Numbered from the stretch's first letter, positions 27,624-37,384 are shown. The stretch is 64,000 nucleotides of DNA from Vulcanimicrobiota bacterium (GCA_050250895.1 JBFWNU010000005.1:64001-128000); one strand, 5' to 3'. Program-made: numbers and translations. Notes: a model not told the origin generated them from the letters alone.

Positions 27624-28399
27624 TTGGCGGGAAAAAAGGAGCGACGGTACTGGCTGGTCTCGGGGCGGGACCTGAGCGAGACCGAGCCAACCCGCAACGA
27701 GCGTTCCAGATTCGGGGTCGAGGACGCTCGCAGGTCGACAACCACTTCACTCCCCGTGCGAGTCACCTCGAAATAGAGTAACCGGGTGGCCACCACTTCG
27801 ACGCTCTCGAGCCCCGCCTCGCCATTCATCGCGGAGATGTCCAGACCGTCGGGTCGAGTCAAATAGGGCGTGATGTCGGTGAGTATCTGCTCCTGGCTGG
27901 CCTCGGGGTCGGTGGTGGGATCGGTCGGCACGCCAGAATCGATGACTTTTCGCAGCAAGATCTTATGGGGACAGAAGTCATCTAGCCCGGCGCTGCCGCC
28001 CTGGCAATCGTAGCCATAAAGCTGTTGATGGCGCTGAGGGACCACCAGATAGTATAGGATGTTGCGCTGCCAGAACGGGTTTCCATCGAGGTCGTGGGCG
28101 AACTCACCGGTCAGGGGATCGATGGCTGACAGAAACCAGAGTGCCTGGCCGTCGGCGGCGCCTCCGGCCAGACTGGCCGGACCGTTGGCCAGATTGATGG
28201 TGGACGCCCCGGCTAGCCCTAGATCGGCCTCCAGCCTGCGGCTGGCCGAAGAGAGGCTCAGGGCCACCGTCTGTCCTCCCGAGCGGTGGCGCCAGTGCTC
28301 CATGCCGCGGGTCATCAGGAGCAGGGTCATGATGGCCAGGATCGAGAACAGTCCGACGGCGGTCAATAGCTCAGGTAGACTGAAGCCCCGCTGAGTCAT
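27620..28399 (-). CDS. Type IV minor pilin (PilW-like)
   Basis: QRG|FSLPELLTAVGLFSILAI; shares FLSA...G.P.WQ motif with 6035-6643. Confidence 0.85.
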   Translation of the reverse strand: MTQRGFSLPELLTAVGLFSILAIMTLLLMTRGMEHWRHRSGGQTVALSLSSASRRLEADLGLAGASTINLANGPASLAGGAADGQALWFLSAIDPLTGEFAHDLDGNPFWQRNILYYLVVPQRHQQLYGYDCQGGSAGLDDFCPHKILLRKVIDSGVPTDPTTDPEASQEQILTDITPYLTRPDGLDISAMNGEAGLESVEVVATRLLYFEVTRTGSEVVVDLRASSTPNLERSLRVGSVSLRSRPETSQYRRSFFPAN

Positions 28400-28842
28400 T
28401 CTGGTTCGGTCACCAGTCGACTGGCCTGGGTGCTGAGACGGCCGAAGCCCTGGCGTTCACCACCCAGCCACTTCACCTCGACCCGGACTTGCTTGACCCG
28501 GTTGCTGCCGTCGGCCCCGGTGAGCACGGTTTGGGTATACACTGCGAATTCGAAGGTGGTTGTTCCCGAGGTCACCGAGCCGCTAGAGAAGGCTGGTCCC
28601 GAAGAGGGAAAATCCTGACTCCAGAAGCGAGTCAGCTCGCCGGGGGGGTCGTCCAAAGTGGCCGCCCGCACCGCCCGGCTGAGTTCGCCATCGGCCACCG
28701 CAGCCGCCGCGGCCAGTTGGCTGGCCTTGCTGCCCGCCTGGAGAGAGGCGATCCAAAGGCTGAACATGGCTAGCGCGCCCAGGCTGAGCAGGGCCAGCGA
28801 AATGAGAATTTCGATCAGGCTAAAGGCCCGCGCCCGATTCAC
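28396..28842 (-). CDS. Type IV minor pilin (PilV-like)
   Basis: RARA|FSLIEILISLALLSLG; VKQVRVEVKW. Confidence 0.85.
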   Translation of the reverse strand: MNRARAFSLIEILISLALLSLGALAMFSLWIASLQAGSKASQLAAAAAVADGELSRAVRAATLDDPPGELTRFWSQDFPSSGPAFSSGSVTSGTTTFEFAVYTQTVLTGADGSNRVKQVRVEVKWLGGERQGFGRLSTQASRLVTEPE

Positions 28843-28862
28843 TCACCAAGCCTAACAGACAA

Positions 28863-30548
28863 CTACAACTGTTGCAACAACTGGAGCATTGGAGCCAGGG
28901 CGGCCAGGGCGACGAAGCCCGCCACCACCCCTCCTCCCGCCAGGAGAATGGGCTCGAGCAAACGGGCCAGCGCCAGCAAGGCGTCCTGAGCGTCCTCCTC
29001 CAGGCTGGTCGAGGCCCGCATGAGCAACTCCGACAGGTTGCCGGTGGTCATGCCCACCTCGATGATCGAGATCACCATGGGCGGCAGGACCTCGAGACTG
29101 CCGAACGCGGCTGTTACGTCTTCGCCCAGGCCAACCGCCTGGCGCACCCGCCGCAGCTGCCCCTCGACCGCCAGGTTGCCGGCCACTCGCTCGCCCAGAT
29201 CGAGCGAGGCCGTCAGCGGCAGCCCGACGTCGAGAGTCAGACCCATCACATAGACCACCCTGGCCGAGATCATCTTGGCCACCAGGCGACCGACGAGGGG
29301 CATCCGCAAGATAGCCTCGTGCACTCTTCGCCGGATGGCTCGCGAGCGCTGATAGGTCTGGCGAGCAGTGGCCGCCACCATTCCCAGCAGCAGGATCGCT
29401 CCGCTCACCACCAGGGGGTTGCGGGCCAGCCCGCCAAAGGCGACCAGGACGCGGGTGGGCCAGGGCAGTTGGTCGGCCCCGAAGAGGTTAGCGTCCTGCG
29501 AGCAGATGAAGGTGGCGAAGAGCAGGGCCAGCAGCAAGAGCGAGCAGGCCAGGATCACCGGATAGGTCAGCGCGGCGATCACCATTTTCTTCAGTCGCAG
29601 TGCTTGCTCCGAGGCGTCGGCCAGACGGGACAGGGCATAGGTGAGCCGACCCGTCTCTTCGCCCGCCGCCACCAATCCCAGGGCTAACGGGCCGAAGATA
29701 TCGGGGCGCCGGCGCATCGATTGGCTCAAGGAAAAGCCGCTGCTGACTCCCTGGTGGAGCGTCTCCACCAGGCGGTCCAGGTCAGCCTCGCCCGAGTCGC
29801 CCAGCGACTCGAAAGCCCGACTCAGGTTGACTCCGGCCGCGAGCAGGGTGGCCAGGCGGCGATAGAAAGGGGCCATGATCTCGAGAGACAACGAACGTCT
29901 CAGCTGTTCGGGCACCGGTTCGTAATGGGTCCCATAGTCTCGCGAGCGGCCCACCACCTCGACGTTGGTCTGGCCAAACTGAAGGCGTTGCCCGGGAAAG
30001 ACCGGCTCCCAGCTTGAGCCGACCGCTCGCCCGTCACGGCGGGTGCCGTTGGCCGAGCCCAGGTCCTGAACCCAGAGCAGGCCTCCCTTCCAGCGCACCT
30101 CGGCGTGGTTGCGACTGACCCCGCCTCCCACCAGGCAGAGCAGATTGGCCGGGTCGCGACCTATGCCTATGGTGAAGCCGTCTTCCGGCACGCTCACCCG
30201 CTGGCCGTTGGCGGCGACCAATTCGGGGGGCCGAGCGGATGGATCGGGCAAAAAGAAGCTAGCCTCGAGGCTGTTGCCAAAGCGGACCAGAACGCCCGCC
30301 GGGACCTCGGTCCACTGGCCGGGGTTCAGCTTCTTGTCGCTGCAATAGGTGCCGTTGCGAGAGTCGAGATCCCGCATCCAAAGGGTCCCGTCGCGCATCG
30401 TCAACTCGGCGTGGCGACGGCTGATTTGATCCGAGTCAAAGCGCAAACCAGCCTCGAAATCCCGGCCCACGATCAGGTTGGTGGTCGTCTCGGGAATTTC
30501 GAACACCACGCCGCCGGGTAAGGTAAGTCGTGGCCAGCTCGAACTCAC
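28863..30548 (-). CDS. Tandem FHA-FHA domains fused to a PilC/GspF inner-membrane platform protein
   Basis: Two GR...SRxHA...DLxSxNGT FHA motifs; T2SSF motifs RLATLLAAGV, GEETGRL, ALTYP, LLEPILL. Confidence 0.88.
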   Translation of the reverse strand: MSSSWPRLTLPGGVVFEIPETTTNLIVGRDFEAGLRFDSDQISRRHAELTMRDGTLWMRDLDSRNGTYCSDKKLNPGQWTEVPAGVLVRFGNSLEASFFLPDPSARPPELVAANGQRVSVPEDGFTIGIGRDPANLLCLVGGGVSRNHAEVRWKGGLLWVQDLGSANGTRRDGRAVGSSWEPVFPGQRLQFGQTNVEVVGRSRDYGTHYEPVPEQLRRSLSLEIMAPFYRRLATLLAAGVNLSRAFESLGDSGEADLDRLVETLHQGVSSGFSLSQSMRRRPDIFGPLALGLVAAGEETGRLTYALSRLADASEQALRLKKMVIAALTYPVILACSLLLLALLFATFICSQDANLFGADQLPWPTRVLVAFGGLARNPLVVSGAILLLGMVAATARQTYQRSRAIRRRVHEAILRMPLVGRLVAKMISARVVYVMGLTLDVGLPLTASLDLGERVAGNLAVEGQLRRVRQAVGLGEDVTAAFGSLEVLPPMVISIIEVGMTTGNLSELLMRASTSLEEDAQDALLALARLLEPILLAGGGVVAGFVALAALAPMLQLLQQL

Positions 30549-30618
30549 GCTGCCTGCTTCGACGGGCCGGGCGGTTGTCCCCGGGCCGACTGGATGCTAA
30601 ACTCTCAGAGTGTTCGTT

Positions 30619-32508
30619 ATGGGGTCGCGGCGCCGAGGCACGGTCGTCATCGTCAGTTTATTGCTGGTGATGGTGATCGCCCTGATCGGGCGGGCGGCGG
30701 TTGGGCTCGACCCCGGGCTGCTGGCCCTCTCGCGCAGCAGCGCCAATCGTGTGGCTGCCCGGCAGGCGGCCGATTCGGGCCTCGACTATGCCCTCCACCG
30801 GTTGCGCGAGAATCCGACCTGGCGCGGCGACGGCAACGCCACCGTGGTGGATACGCCGGCCCTGACGGTGGTCGAACGAGAGGGTAACGTCGTCGGTTTG
30901 ATCCGTCAGCCCGACGGGCAGGTAAGCCAGTTCAGGATTCGCTTCAACTTTCAGGACGGGCCCGGCGGCGGTGACGGCCTAAACGATCCCCCGTCCGACC
31001 TGCGCATCGACCATCCCTACGTATCCTTGAGCAATCTCGGAAGCGGCAGCATGGCTCCACTTCCCCGCGCCGAAGGAGCAGGCTGGAGTGTAACCGACCC
31101 CAGCGTCGGCCCCGGCAGTGTCCCGCGCCGAGCCGTGGCCGTGCTGGTCGAGGGGCGGGCCGGCAAGGGCTTGCGAGAATTGACGACGGCCGCTCCCAAT
31201 CAGGCTCCCGGCGGGCCTGTCTCGACGGTGGTGGTCGAGGGTGTTTACCACCTTGGCCTCAACCAGGACGTGACCAGTGCGGCCCTGATGGCCGGCTCCA
31301 ACATCGACCTGACCGTGGCCGCCGGGGGACAGACCCTGGTTGCTCTCTACGGCGCCGAGGAGGGAGACCGCCCCCGCCTGCGCGCCAAGGGCTCGGTCAG
31401 TGTCACCAATCCTGACGGGACGCCCGGCGACGTGGTCATGGTCAAGGCCGAAGGCGAGATCGGTCGCAATGCCGGGGCGCCTCCCGGATTTGTGGGCAAT
31501 CTTCGCGGGCTGGGGGCCACGCTAGCCCAAGAGAACGTGGGCGACGGCGCCGATTTCTACAATCTTCAATGGGATGCGGTCTCCAAAGCCTCTCCCGACC
31601 CGGCCGAAAGCGTCCACATCCCCGCCGGCACCTATGTGGTCTGGGACGACAACAGCATTCACTACTACGATATGGGCTTTGACGAATACAAGACTTACAT
31701 GGGCAACCCGGCCAATCATAGCGATGCCGGCACGGCCTTGACCTGGGGCTTTCCCCAGATTCGGGACCCGGCCAACTATTCAGCTTTCGACCGCATCGTG
31801 GTCTGGCCCGAGTACGACGACACGTGCCAATCGATCGGCTTCGATCACGACACCTTTATCGAGCCCTCGGCCCGGGGCGTCACCGACTTCACCGTCATGC
31901 CTCGAGGAGGAGCCCCCTTTCTGCCGGATGACACCACTGAGGTCATTGCCGGGGCGGCCGATTCGTATACCAACAATAATGTCCAGGTTCGCGTGGTGCA
32001 GGCCACCCTCTCGGCGCCAGGTGACGTGCGCATCATGGGACGATTGGTAGGCAGCGCCGGCACCATTACCACCGAAGGTTCCTTTCGTCTGGCAACCCCC
32101 TACGGTAGGATGCAGGGCACGGCCGAAACCAACTATTCCGAGGGCGGGCTCAACCTCTACTCTAAGGGTGATATCGACATTTCGGGCTATCGGGCTTACA
32201 ACAATGACTTTCGCGAGATTAGCTTCCGCGGTCTGATTTACACCTGGGGAGACTTTCGCGCTTATACCGGCCATCCGGACGTGCCCGTCGATCGTTGGGA
32301 CAAGAGTTCGTTCTATGGAGCTGTGGTGGCCTACGGCAGCGAACCCGGAGTCGGCACTCCCGGCAGCAACGGGCTAGGTTCTATCGACATGATGGCTTCC
32401 GAGATCAATCTCTGGAATCACGTCGATAGCGTGACCGACGCCCTCGACATCGCCGCGGCCTCGGCCCCCCAGAGCCTCGAGCGGGCCTATTACACCATCC
32501 ACCAGTAG
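30619..32508 (+). CDS. Large PilX/GspK-like pilin
   Basis: RRRG|TVVIVSLLLVMVIAL lacking E5; ARQAADSGLDYAL...NPTWRG; FRGLIYTWG resembles FQGVIYTNG of 7049-8878. Confidence 0.75.
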   Translation: MGSRRRGTVVIVSLLLVMVIALIGRAAVGLDPGLLALSRSSANRVAARQAADSGLDYALHRLRENPTWRGDGNATVVDTPALTVVEREGNVVGLIRQPDGQVSQFRIRFNFQDGPGGGDGLNDPPSDLRIDHPYVSLSNLGSGSMAPLPRAEGAGWSVTDPSVGPGSVPRRAVAVLVEGRAGKGLRELTTAAPNQAPGGPVSTVVVEGVYHLGLNQDVTSAALMAGSNIDLTVAAGGQTLVALYGAEEGDRPRLRAKGSVSVTNPDGTPGDVVMVKAEGEIGRNAGAPPGFVGNLRGLGATLAQENVGDGADFYNLQWDAVSKASPDPAESVHIPAGTYVVWDDNSIHYYDMGFDEYKTYMGNPANHSDAGTALTWGFPQIRDPANYSAFDRIVVWPEYDDTCQSIGFDHDTFIEPSARGVTDFTVMPRGGAPFLPDDTTEVIAGAADSYTNNNVQVRVVQATLSAPGDVRIMGRLVGSAGTITTEGSFRLATPYGRMQGTAETNYSEGGLNLYSKGDIDISGYRAYNNDFREISFRGLIYTWGDFRAYTGHPDVPVDRWDKSSFYGAVVAYGSEPGVGTPGSNGLGSIDMMASEINLWNHVDSVTDALDIAAASAPQSLERAYYTIHQ

Positions 32509-32524
32509 TTTCTGGTGGGAAGTT

Positions 32525-32546
32525 AACAAAGCGATCACGCTTTGTT
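32525..32546. terminator. Inverted repeat (terminator or operator) between the pilin and toxin-like genes
   Basis: AACAAAGCG-ATCA-CGCTTTGTT. Confidence 0.4.
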
Positions 32547-32603
32547 CATAGGCGAGCCCCTGGTTCGGCGATCGTCCAGCAATCCGCCGATAGACTAAAG
32601 GCC

Positions 32604-35600
32604 ATGAATCCCGTCGGCACTGGCTCTTCGTCCTCCTCAGAAACCACCCGAACGACCCGGTCCAGGCCCAGCGAAACCTCGCGTCCCGACCGAGATTCCC
32701 GCACCCGCCGTGAGGATGGTGAGGACCGCGTCGAGGTGGGGACCACCCGCAACCGCAACTCGAGCACCACCGCCGAGACTCCGGTGGTGATGGGTAATTC
32801 GAATCAAGAACCGCCTTCCGGTCGCAGCAGCGGCGCCTGGCGGGTGGCCCATCAGGTGGTCAACCGCAACGATCGCGAAGCAGACACCATCGAGGTGCAA
32901 GACGAAGACCGCAATGCCAACGCCGACGAAGAAGAACTCTCCGAGTTCGAGGCCCACGCCGAAACTCTCGAGAACTACTTCGAGGTCTTCGACAACCCCG
33001 GCGGGGGAGGCACCGATGGCACCGCCAGCAACGACGACATCGGGGATATCGCCAGCGGCGACTATGACCGGGACCGGGCTCGTGAGCGTCTGGTCGAGGC
33101 CGGAGTCGACCAGGCCCAGCTCGACGAGACCCTCGATGACATCGAAGCCACCGCCCGTTACTTTGATCAGAACACCGAGTCGCGCGACCGGGTGGATGGT
33201 GGCGACGATGGCGGAGATACCGATGGAAAGATCAGCCGCGGCGACCTGGATGTGGTGCTCGAAGAGACGCGGGAAAATCGCCACCGCGAACTTAGCGACG
33301 AGGATGCGGTCGGGTTACTCGATGAGCACTTCGATGTGCTCGACAACCCGGGCGGGGGCGGAACCGACGGCAAGATCAGCCGCGACGATCTCGAGCACAT
33401 CGCCGAAGGCGACTATGACCGCGACGTTGCCCGCCAGCGTCTGCGCGAAGCGGGCGTGGCCGAAGATCAGCTCAACGCCACCCTGGGCCGCTTAGAGAGC
33501 ACCGCCGATCACCTGCTCGATGACGAGCGCGGTATCTATCGCGACCTCGACATCGCCAACGATGGCGACCGCGATAGCGACGGCGACATCCGGCGTGGCG
33601 ACCTGGACAGGTATCGGCTGGACCATCGCCCCGACCCGGCCGAGGGGCCCAATCCTCTCGAGCCCAGCCAGGCCGAACTCGAAGAAGCGCAAGCGGCCTA
33701 TCAGGTCTTTCAAGAACCCGGGGCCCTCGAAGAGACCCTCGAGGACACCCCGCTAGCCGAACTGACCCAGGGTGAACTGTTGGCCCTGGCCCAGTTGGGC
33801 CAGGACAACCCCGAGGCCGCCGGCCTGCTGCAAGAGGCTGTGCTCGAGTCGGTGGAAGGGGCCGAAAGCCTGGAGCAGCTTCCCCAGGGACTGGGCTATC
33901 AGACCCTGCTGGCCGACCATCTGACCTCGCTCGACCCCGCTCGACTCGACGGCGATCAGACGGCCGCTCGCGAGCATCTCGGCGAACTGGTCCAGGCCGA
34001 CCTCGACGCTCGCCTCGACGAATTGCTCGACGACCGCCGGGGCGACAGCGAGGCCGATCTGGCCATCGACCGCTTCGTCACCGAGCTAGAAGATCTGGCC
34101 GCCACCAACCCGGCCCTGGGAAGCGAGTTGGCGGCTCGAGCCGAACAGACTCTGGCCGGGGCCGGTGACCGCCTGACCGACGTGCGGCGGGCTGACGACT
34201 CGACCTTCAGCAAGATCGGTCACGCTTTTACCGACGGTTTCAACGGCTTGGCCGGGTTTCTAGGCGATCGCCTGCGGGATATCGGCGACCTGGGGGGTCA
34301 GCTTCTGACCGCCCCGCTCCGGGCCTATGGTGAGGTGGCCGATTTCGCCCTCACCCAGGGCGGACGTCTGGCCGGTGGGGCCCTCGACGCGGTGGGAGCC
34401 GATGGGGCGGCGGACTTCGTGCGCGACACCTCGGCTTCGGCTGGCGACGCCGTCAACGGCGCCACCGACTTTGTGGCCGAGCAGCAAGAGAACCTGCTCA
34501 ACGGTTTCGCCGAGGGGGCGGCCGGGGCGGTGGAAGGCATCGCCACTCTGGTTACCAATCCGGTGGGCACGGTCCAGGGCCTGGCCGCCGTGGTCCAGGA
34601 CCCGTCCCTGCTGCTCGAGAGTTACAAGGACGTGTTGCACGAGCACGGCGTGGCCGGCTTGATCGGCAACATCGGGTTTGACGTGGTGGCCACCATCGCC
34701 ACCGGCGGCAGCGGGGCTGCCTCGCGCATCTCGAGTCGCCTGGGCAGTCTGGCCAATCTCACCGATGATCTGGGTCGGCTGGGACGGGCCGGCCGTCTGG
34801 CCGACACCGCCGGCGAACTGGGCACGGTGGCCCGGGTGGCCGACGACCTGGGTGAATTGGGCACAGTGGCTCGGGTGGCCGATGATCTGGGTGAGGCGGG
34901 TACCGTCGCTCGAGTGGCCGAGGCGGCTCCCCGGCCCCGCAGCCGGCGCCCGCTGAGCGAAGACGAACTGGGCGTGCGCCAGCGAGCCAATCAGTATCTC
35001 GACGAAAACTTGGACCAACTGGTAGACGAATACGGCCAGCGCTTCGGCAACATCCTCGACCTCGATAACGCTCGCGAACTGTTCGACGAGTTCGCCGCCA
35101 GTCCCGAGGCCCGCTCGCGCTACGGAACGGCCATCCACGAGCCCTCGAACCGGCTTATCGACGAGGTGTTGGATCGCCGTCTGAGCGGTCCGGTGCGCGA
35201 AGGGGCCGAGCCCGAAGTGGTTTTCACCGCCGGGGGCTCGGGCTCGGGTAAGTCTTCGGCCATCGACGACCTGGGTGGGATCTACGACGATACCGACTTC
35301 GTCTTTGACTCGACCCTGGCCAACTATGACCGTAGTTTGAGCCGGATCGAGCAGGTGCTCGAGTCGGGTCGGGACGTCGAGATTGCCTATGTCTATCGCG
35401 ACCCGGTCGATGCCTTTGTCAACGGCGTGTTACCCCGCGCCGCCGAGACCGGTCGGGCTGTTCCCATCGAAGCCTTCGCCGCCTCGCATCAAAAGGTGGC
35501 CGAGACGGTGGCTCGACTGGCCGAACACTTTGCCGGTGATGAACGTTTTGGCCTGAGCGTCATCGACAATAGTCGGGGCGCGGGTCAGGCCGCGCTCTCG

Positions 35601-35741
35601 ACCTTGGACGATTTGCCCCTGAGAAATATCGATAATCTAACGGAGGTACTGTATGATCAACTGGAACTCGCACTTCAGGAAGGAAGGATTCCACACCATG
35701 TCTACGACGCGATCCTCCGCGAGCGACCCCCCTTCGGATAG
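32604..35741 (+). CDS. Polymorphic-toxin-like protein: EF-hand-like repeats, pre-toxin-like helical region, zeta-toxin-like P-loop kinase C-terminus
   Basis: DNPGGGGTDGKISRDDL repeats; GAVEGI...NPVGTVQGL...DVVATIATGG; FTAGGSGSGKS, DSTL, YVYRDP, RAAETGRAVP, IDNS. Confidence 0.75.
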   Translation: MNPVGTGSSSSSETTRTTRSRPSETSRPDRDSRTRREDGEDRVEVGTTRNRNSSTTAETPVVMGNSNQEPPSGRSSGAWRVAHQVVNRNDREADTIEVQDEDRNANADEEELSEFEAHAETLENYFEVFDNPGGGGTDGTASNDDIGDIASGDYDRDRARERLVEAGVDQAQLDETLDDIEATARYFDQNTESRDRVDGGDDGGDTDGKISRGDLDVVLEETRENRHRELSDEDAVGLLDEHFDVLDNPGGGGTDGKISRDDLEHIAEGDYDRDVARQRLREAGVAEDQLNATLGRLESTADHLLDDERGIYRDLDIANDGDRDSDGDIRRGDLDRYRLDHRPDPAEGPNPLEPSQAELEEAQAAYQVFQEPGALEETLEDTPLAELTQGELLALAQLGQDNPEAAGLLQEAVLESVEGAESLEQLPQGLGYQTLLADHLTSLDPARLDGDQTAAREHLGELVQADLDARLDELLDDRRGDSEADLAIDRFVTELEDLAATNPALGSELAARAEQTLAGAGDRLTDVRRADDSTFSKIGHAFTDGFNGLAGFLGDRLRDIGDLGGQLLTAPLRAYGEVADFALTQGGRLAGGALDAVGADGAADFVRDTSASAGDAVNGATDFVAEQQENLLNGFAEGAAGAVEGIATLVTNPVGTVQGLAAVVQDPSLLLESYKDVLHEHGVAGLIGNIGFDVVATIATGGSGAASRISSRLGSLANLTDDLGRLGRAGRLADTAGELGTVARVADDLGELGTVARVADDLGEAGTVARVAEAAPRPRSRRPLSEDELGVRQRANQYLDENLDQLVDEYGQRFGNILDLDNARELFDEFAASPEARSRYGTAIHEPSNRLIDEVLDRRLSGPVREGAEPEVVFTAGGSGSGKSSAIDDLGGIYDDTDFVFDSTLANYDRSLSRIEQVLESGRDVEIAYVYRDPVDAFVNGVLPRAAETGRAVPIEAFAASHQKVAETVARLAEHFAGDERFGLSVIDNSRGAGQAALSTLDDLPLRNIDNLTEVLYDQLELALQEGRIPHHVYDAILRERPPFG
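34761..34916 (+). repeat. Four 39-bp (13-aa) tandem repeats
   Basis: TDDLGRLGRAGRL / ADTAGELGTVARV / ADDLGELGTVARV / ADDLGEAGTVARV. Confidence 0.9.
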
Positions 35742-35862
35742 CAAGGCCGAGCGGCGCCAACGCCGTCAGGAAAAGATGTTGGCGGCCCTCAACGCCGCGG
35801 CCGTCGAATCGGTGCAGCTGAGTGATGCCGCCAAGCAAGAGGCCGAGAAGAAGAAAGATTAG
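35698..35862 (+). CDS. Small helical protein overlapping the toxin-like gene; candidate immunity/antitoxin
   Basis: ATG 35698 preceded by GGAAGGA; MSTTRSS...KAERRQRRQEKMLAALNAAAVESVQLSDAAKQEAEKKKD. Confidence 0.5.
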   Translation: MSTTRSSASDPPSDSKAERRQRRQEKMLAALNAAAVESVQLSDAAKQEAEKKKD

Positions 35863-36245
35863 CGGCCGAGGTAGTAGTGAAGAGTTTCGCTCTCTTCGTG
35901 AGTCAGGTTGCGAAACTCCACCCCCGCGCGGTAGCCACCTTCGTGTTGCCAGACGCACCAGGCAAAGCGGCCGGTCAAGACCAGTTCTCGTTGCCCGAGT
36001 TCGAGGGTGATGGGGATTTCGATGCCCACCGGCAGCGGCTGAGATGAACTGATGCGCATTCCGGTGGCCGAGAGATTCTCGGTGGTCGTGATGTAGGAGG
36101 GCAGACCCAGCGAGCGGACGTTGACGCTGACTTCGTGGCGCTCGGCCCGCGGGGTGAGCAACCAGGCTTCAAGTTTTTGCAGGGTTTCGCTGGGCTCGGG
36201 TGGGGCCGGGAAGAACCTTCGGGTGATCGTCTGCATCCAGTTCAT
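35859..36245 (-). CDS. Single-domain PilZ protein (c-di-GMP receptor)
   Basis: RAERH (RxxxR-like) and NLSATG (D/NxSxxG); YRAGVEF. Confidence 0.85.
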   Translation of the reverse strand: MNWMQTITRRFFPAPPEPSETLQKLEAWLLTPRAERHEVSVNVRSLGLPSYITTTENLSATGMRISSSQPLPVGIEIPITLELGQRELVLTGRFAWCVWQHEGGYRAGVEFRNLTHEESETLHYYLGR

Positions 36246-36322
36246 ACTCTTGATGATACCGGGTGCCCCCTAGCTCGTCGAAGAGGCGGATCTACCAATC
36301 ACCGTCTGGTAGGTGCATACTA

Positions 36323-37384
36323 TCAGAGGCGTCCATGGCGGCGCAGCCAGGCTTCGATGGCCTGGATCTGGTCTTCATCCTGACTCTCGCGATAATAGGC
36401 GATCAGGCGCTGGGACCAGTCGAGCACCTCGGGCTCGTGGCCCAGGCGATGAAAAAGCAGAATGTGCTTGAGCAGCATCTTTTCGCCGTGAGGGCGACAG
36501 CCCCGCAGGCGCTCGCCCACGGCCAGGGCCTCATCCAGCCGCCCCTGACGTTCGTAGAGTTCCATCAAGAAGAGACATTCGGCCTGGGCGAGTTCAAAGC
36601 TGGCCTGCTTGAGAAAGAGCTCGAAGCGAAGCACGGCCGTCTGCTCGTCCTGGGGGTCGAGGCGCATCAAGCGTAGGAGATAGTGATTGGCCTCATCGGT
36701 CTCTTCGCGGTCGAGCGAATTGCGGGCCCGGGCCAAGAGGGCGTCAGGGTTGTTGTCGAGCAACAACTGCTCGGCCCGAAAAACGGCGTCTTCTGCCCCC
36801 CGGGGAGCCGGCAACTGCAGCAGCTCGCCCAACTCGGTTTGCAATTGTTCGGCTGGCTCGAAGAAGGGGCGCACGCGGCGGGCGTGACCAAGACAGACCC
36901 GAGCTGCCCCCTTGTCGCCCTGGCGCGACAGGGCTCGGCCTTTGAGCACCCAGGGTAGGGGATCATGGGGATCTAGCGCGAGCGCCCTTTCGCAACAGGC
37001 GATGGCCCCGGCGAAGTCCTCCTGGGTCAACAACAGCTCGGCCCGGCTGGTCCAGGCCGGCAGATAGCCGGGATGCACCAGAATGGCCTGTTCGAGCTGG
37101 TTCAGGGCTTCTTCGATGCGTGCCATCCCCAGCAAAGCCACGGCGGCCAGATAGAAAGAGTCGGGGTCGTTGGGGCTCAGCCGCTGCAGCAGTCGAAGAT
37201 GATTGAGGGCTTCGTGATTCTCGCCTTCGCCCAGCAGGCACTCGGCTTTGCCCTTTTGGGCGCTGGCGTTGGTGTCTTCACAGGAAAGAACAGAATCGAA
37301 GTAGTGGGAGGCTTCACGGTACCGCCCCTGCCGCAGGTATGTCGACCCCAAGAAAAGCCACTCCTGGATTCTAGGAAGCTCCAT
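36323..37384 (-). CDS. TPR-repeat protein
   Basis: Repeated A...A...P TPR helices, e.g. FAGAIACCERALALDPHDPLPWVLKG. Confidence 0.88.
   Translation of the reverse strand: MELPRIQEWLFLGSTYLRQGRYREASHYFDSVLSCEDTNASAQKGKAECLLGEGENHEALNHLRLLQRLSPNDPDSFYLAAVALLGMARIEEALNQLEQAILVHPGYLPAWTSRAELLLTQEDFAGAIACCERALALDPHDPLPWVLKGRALSRQGDKGAARVCLGHARRVRPFFEPAEQLQTELGELLQLPAPRGAEDAVFRAEQLLLDNNPDALLARARNSLDREETDEANHYLLRLMRLDPQDEQTAVLRFELFLKQASFELAQAECLFLMELYERQGRLDEALAVGERLRGCRPHGEKMLLKHILLFHRLGHEPEVLDWSQRLIAYYRESQDEDQIQAIEAWLRRHGRL

Noticed and set aside
34761-34916. 39-bp repeats as a possible CRISPR array
   Set aside because: No spacers, in-frame coding repeats varying at wobble positions, and no cas genes.
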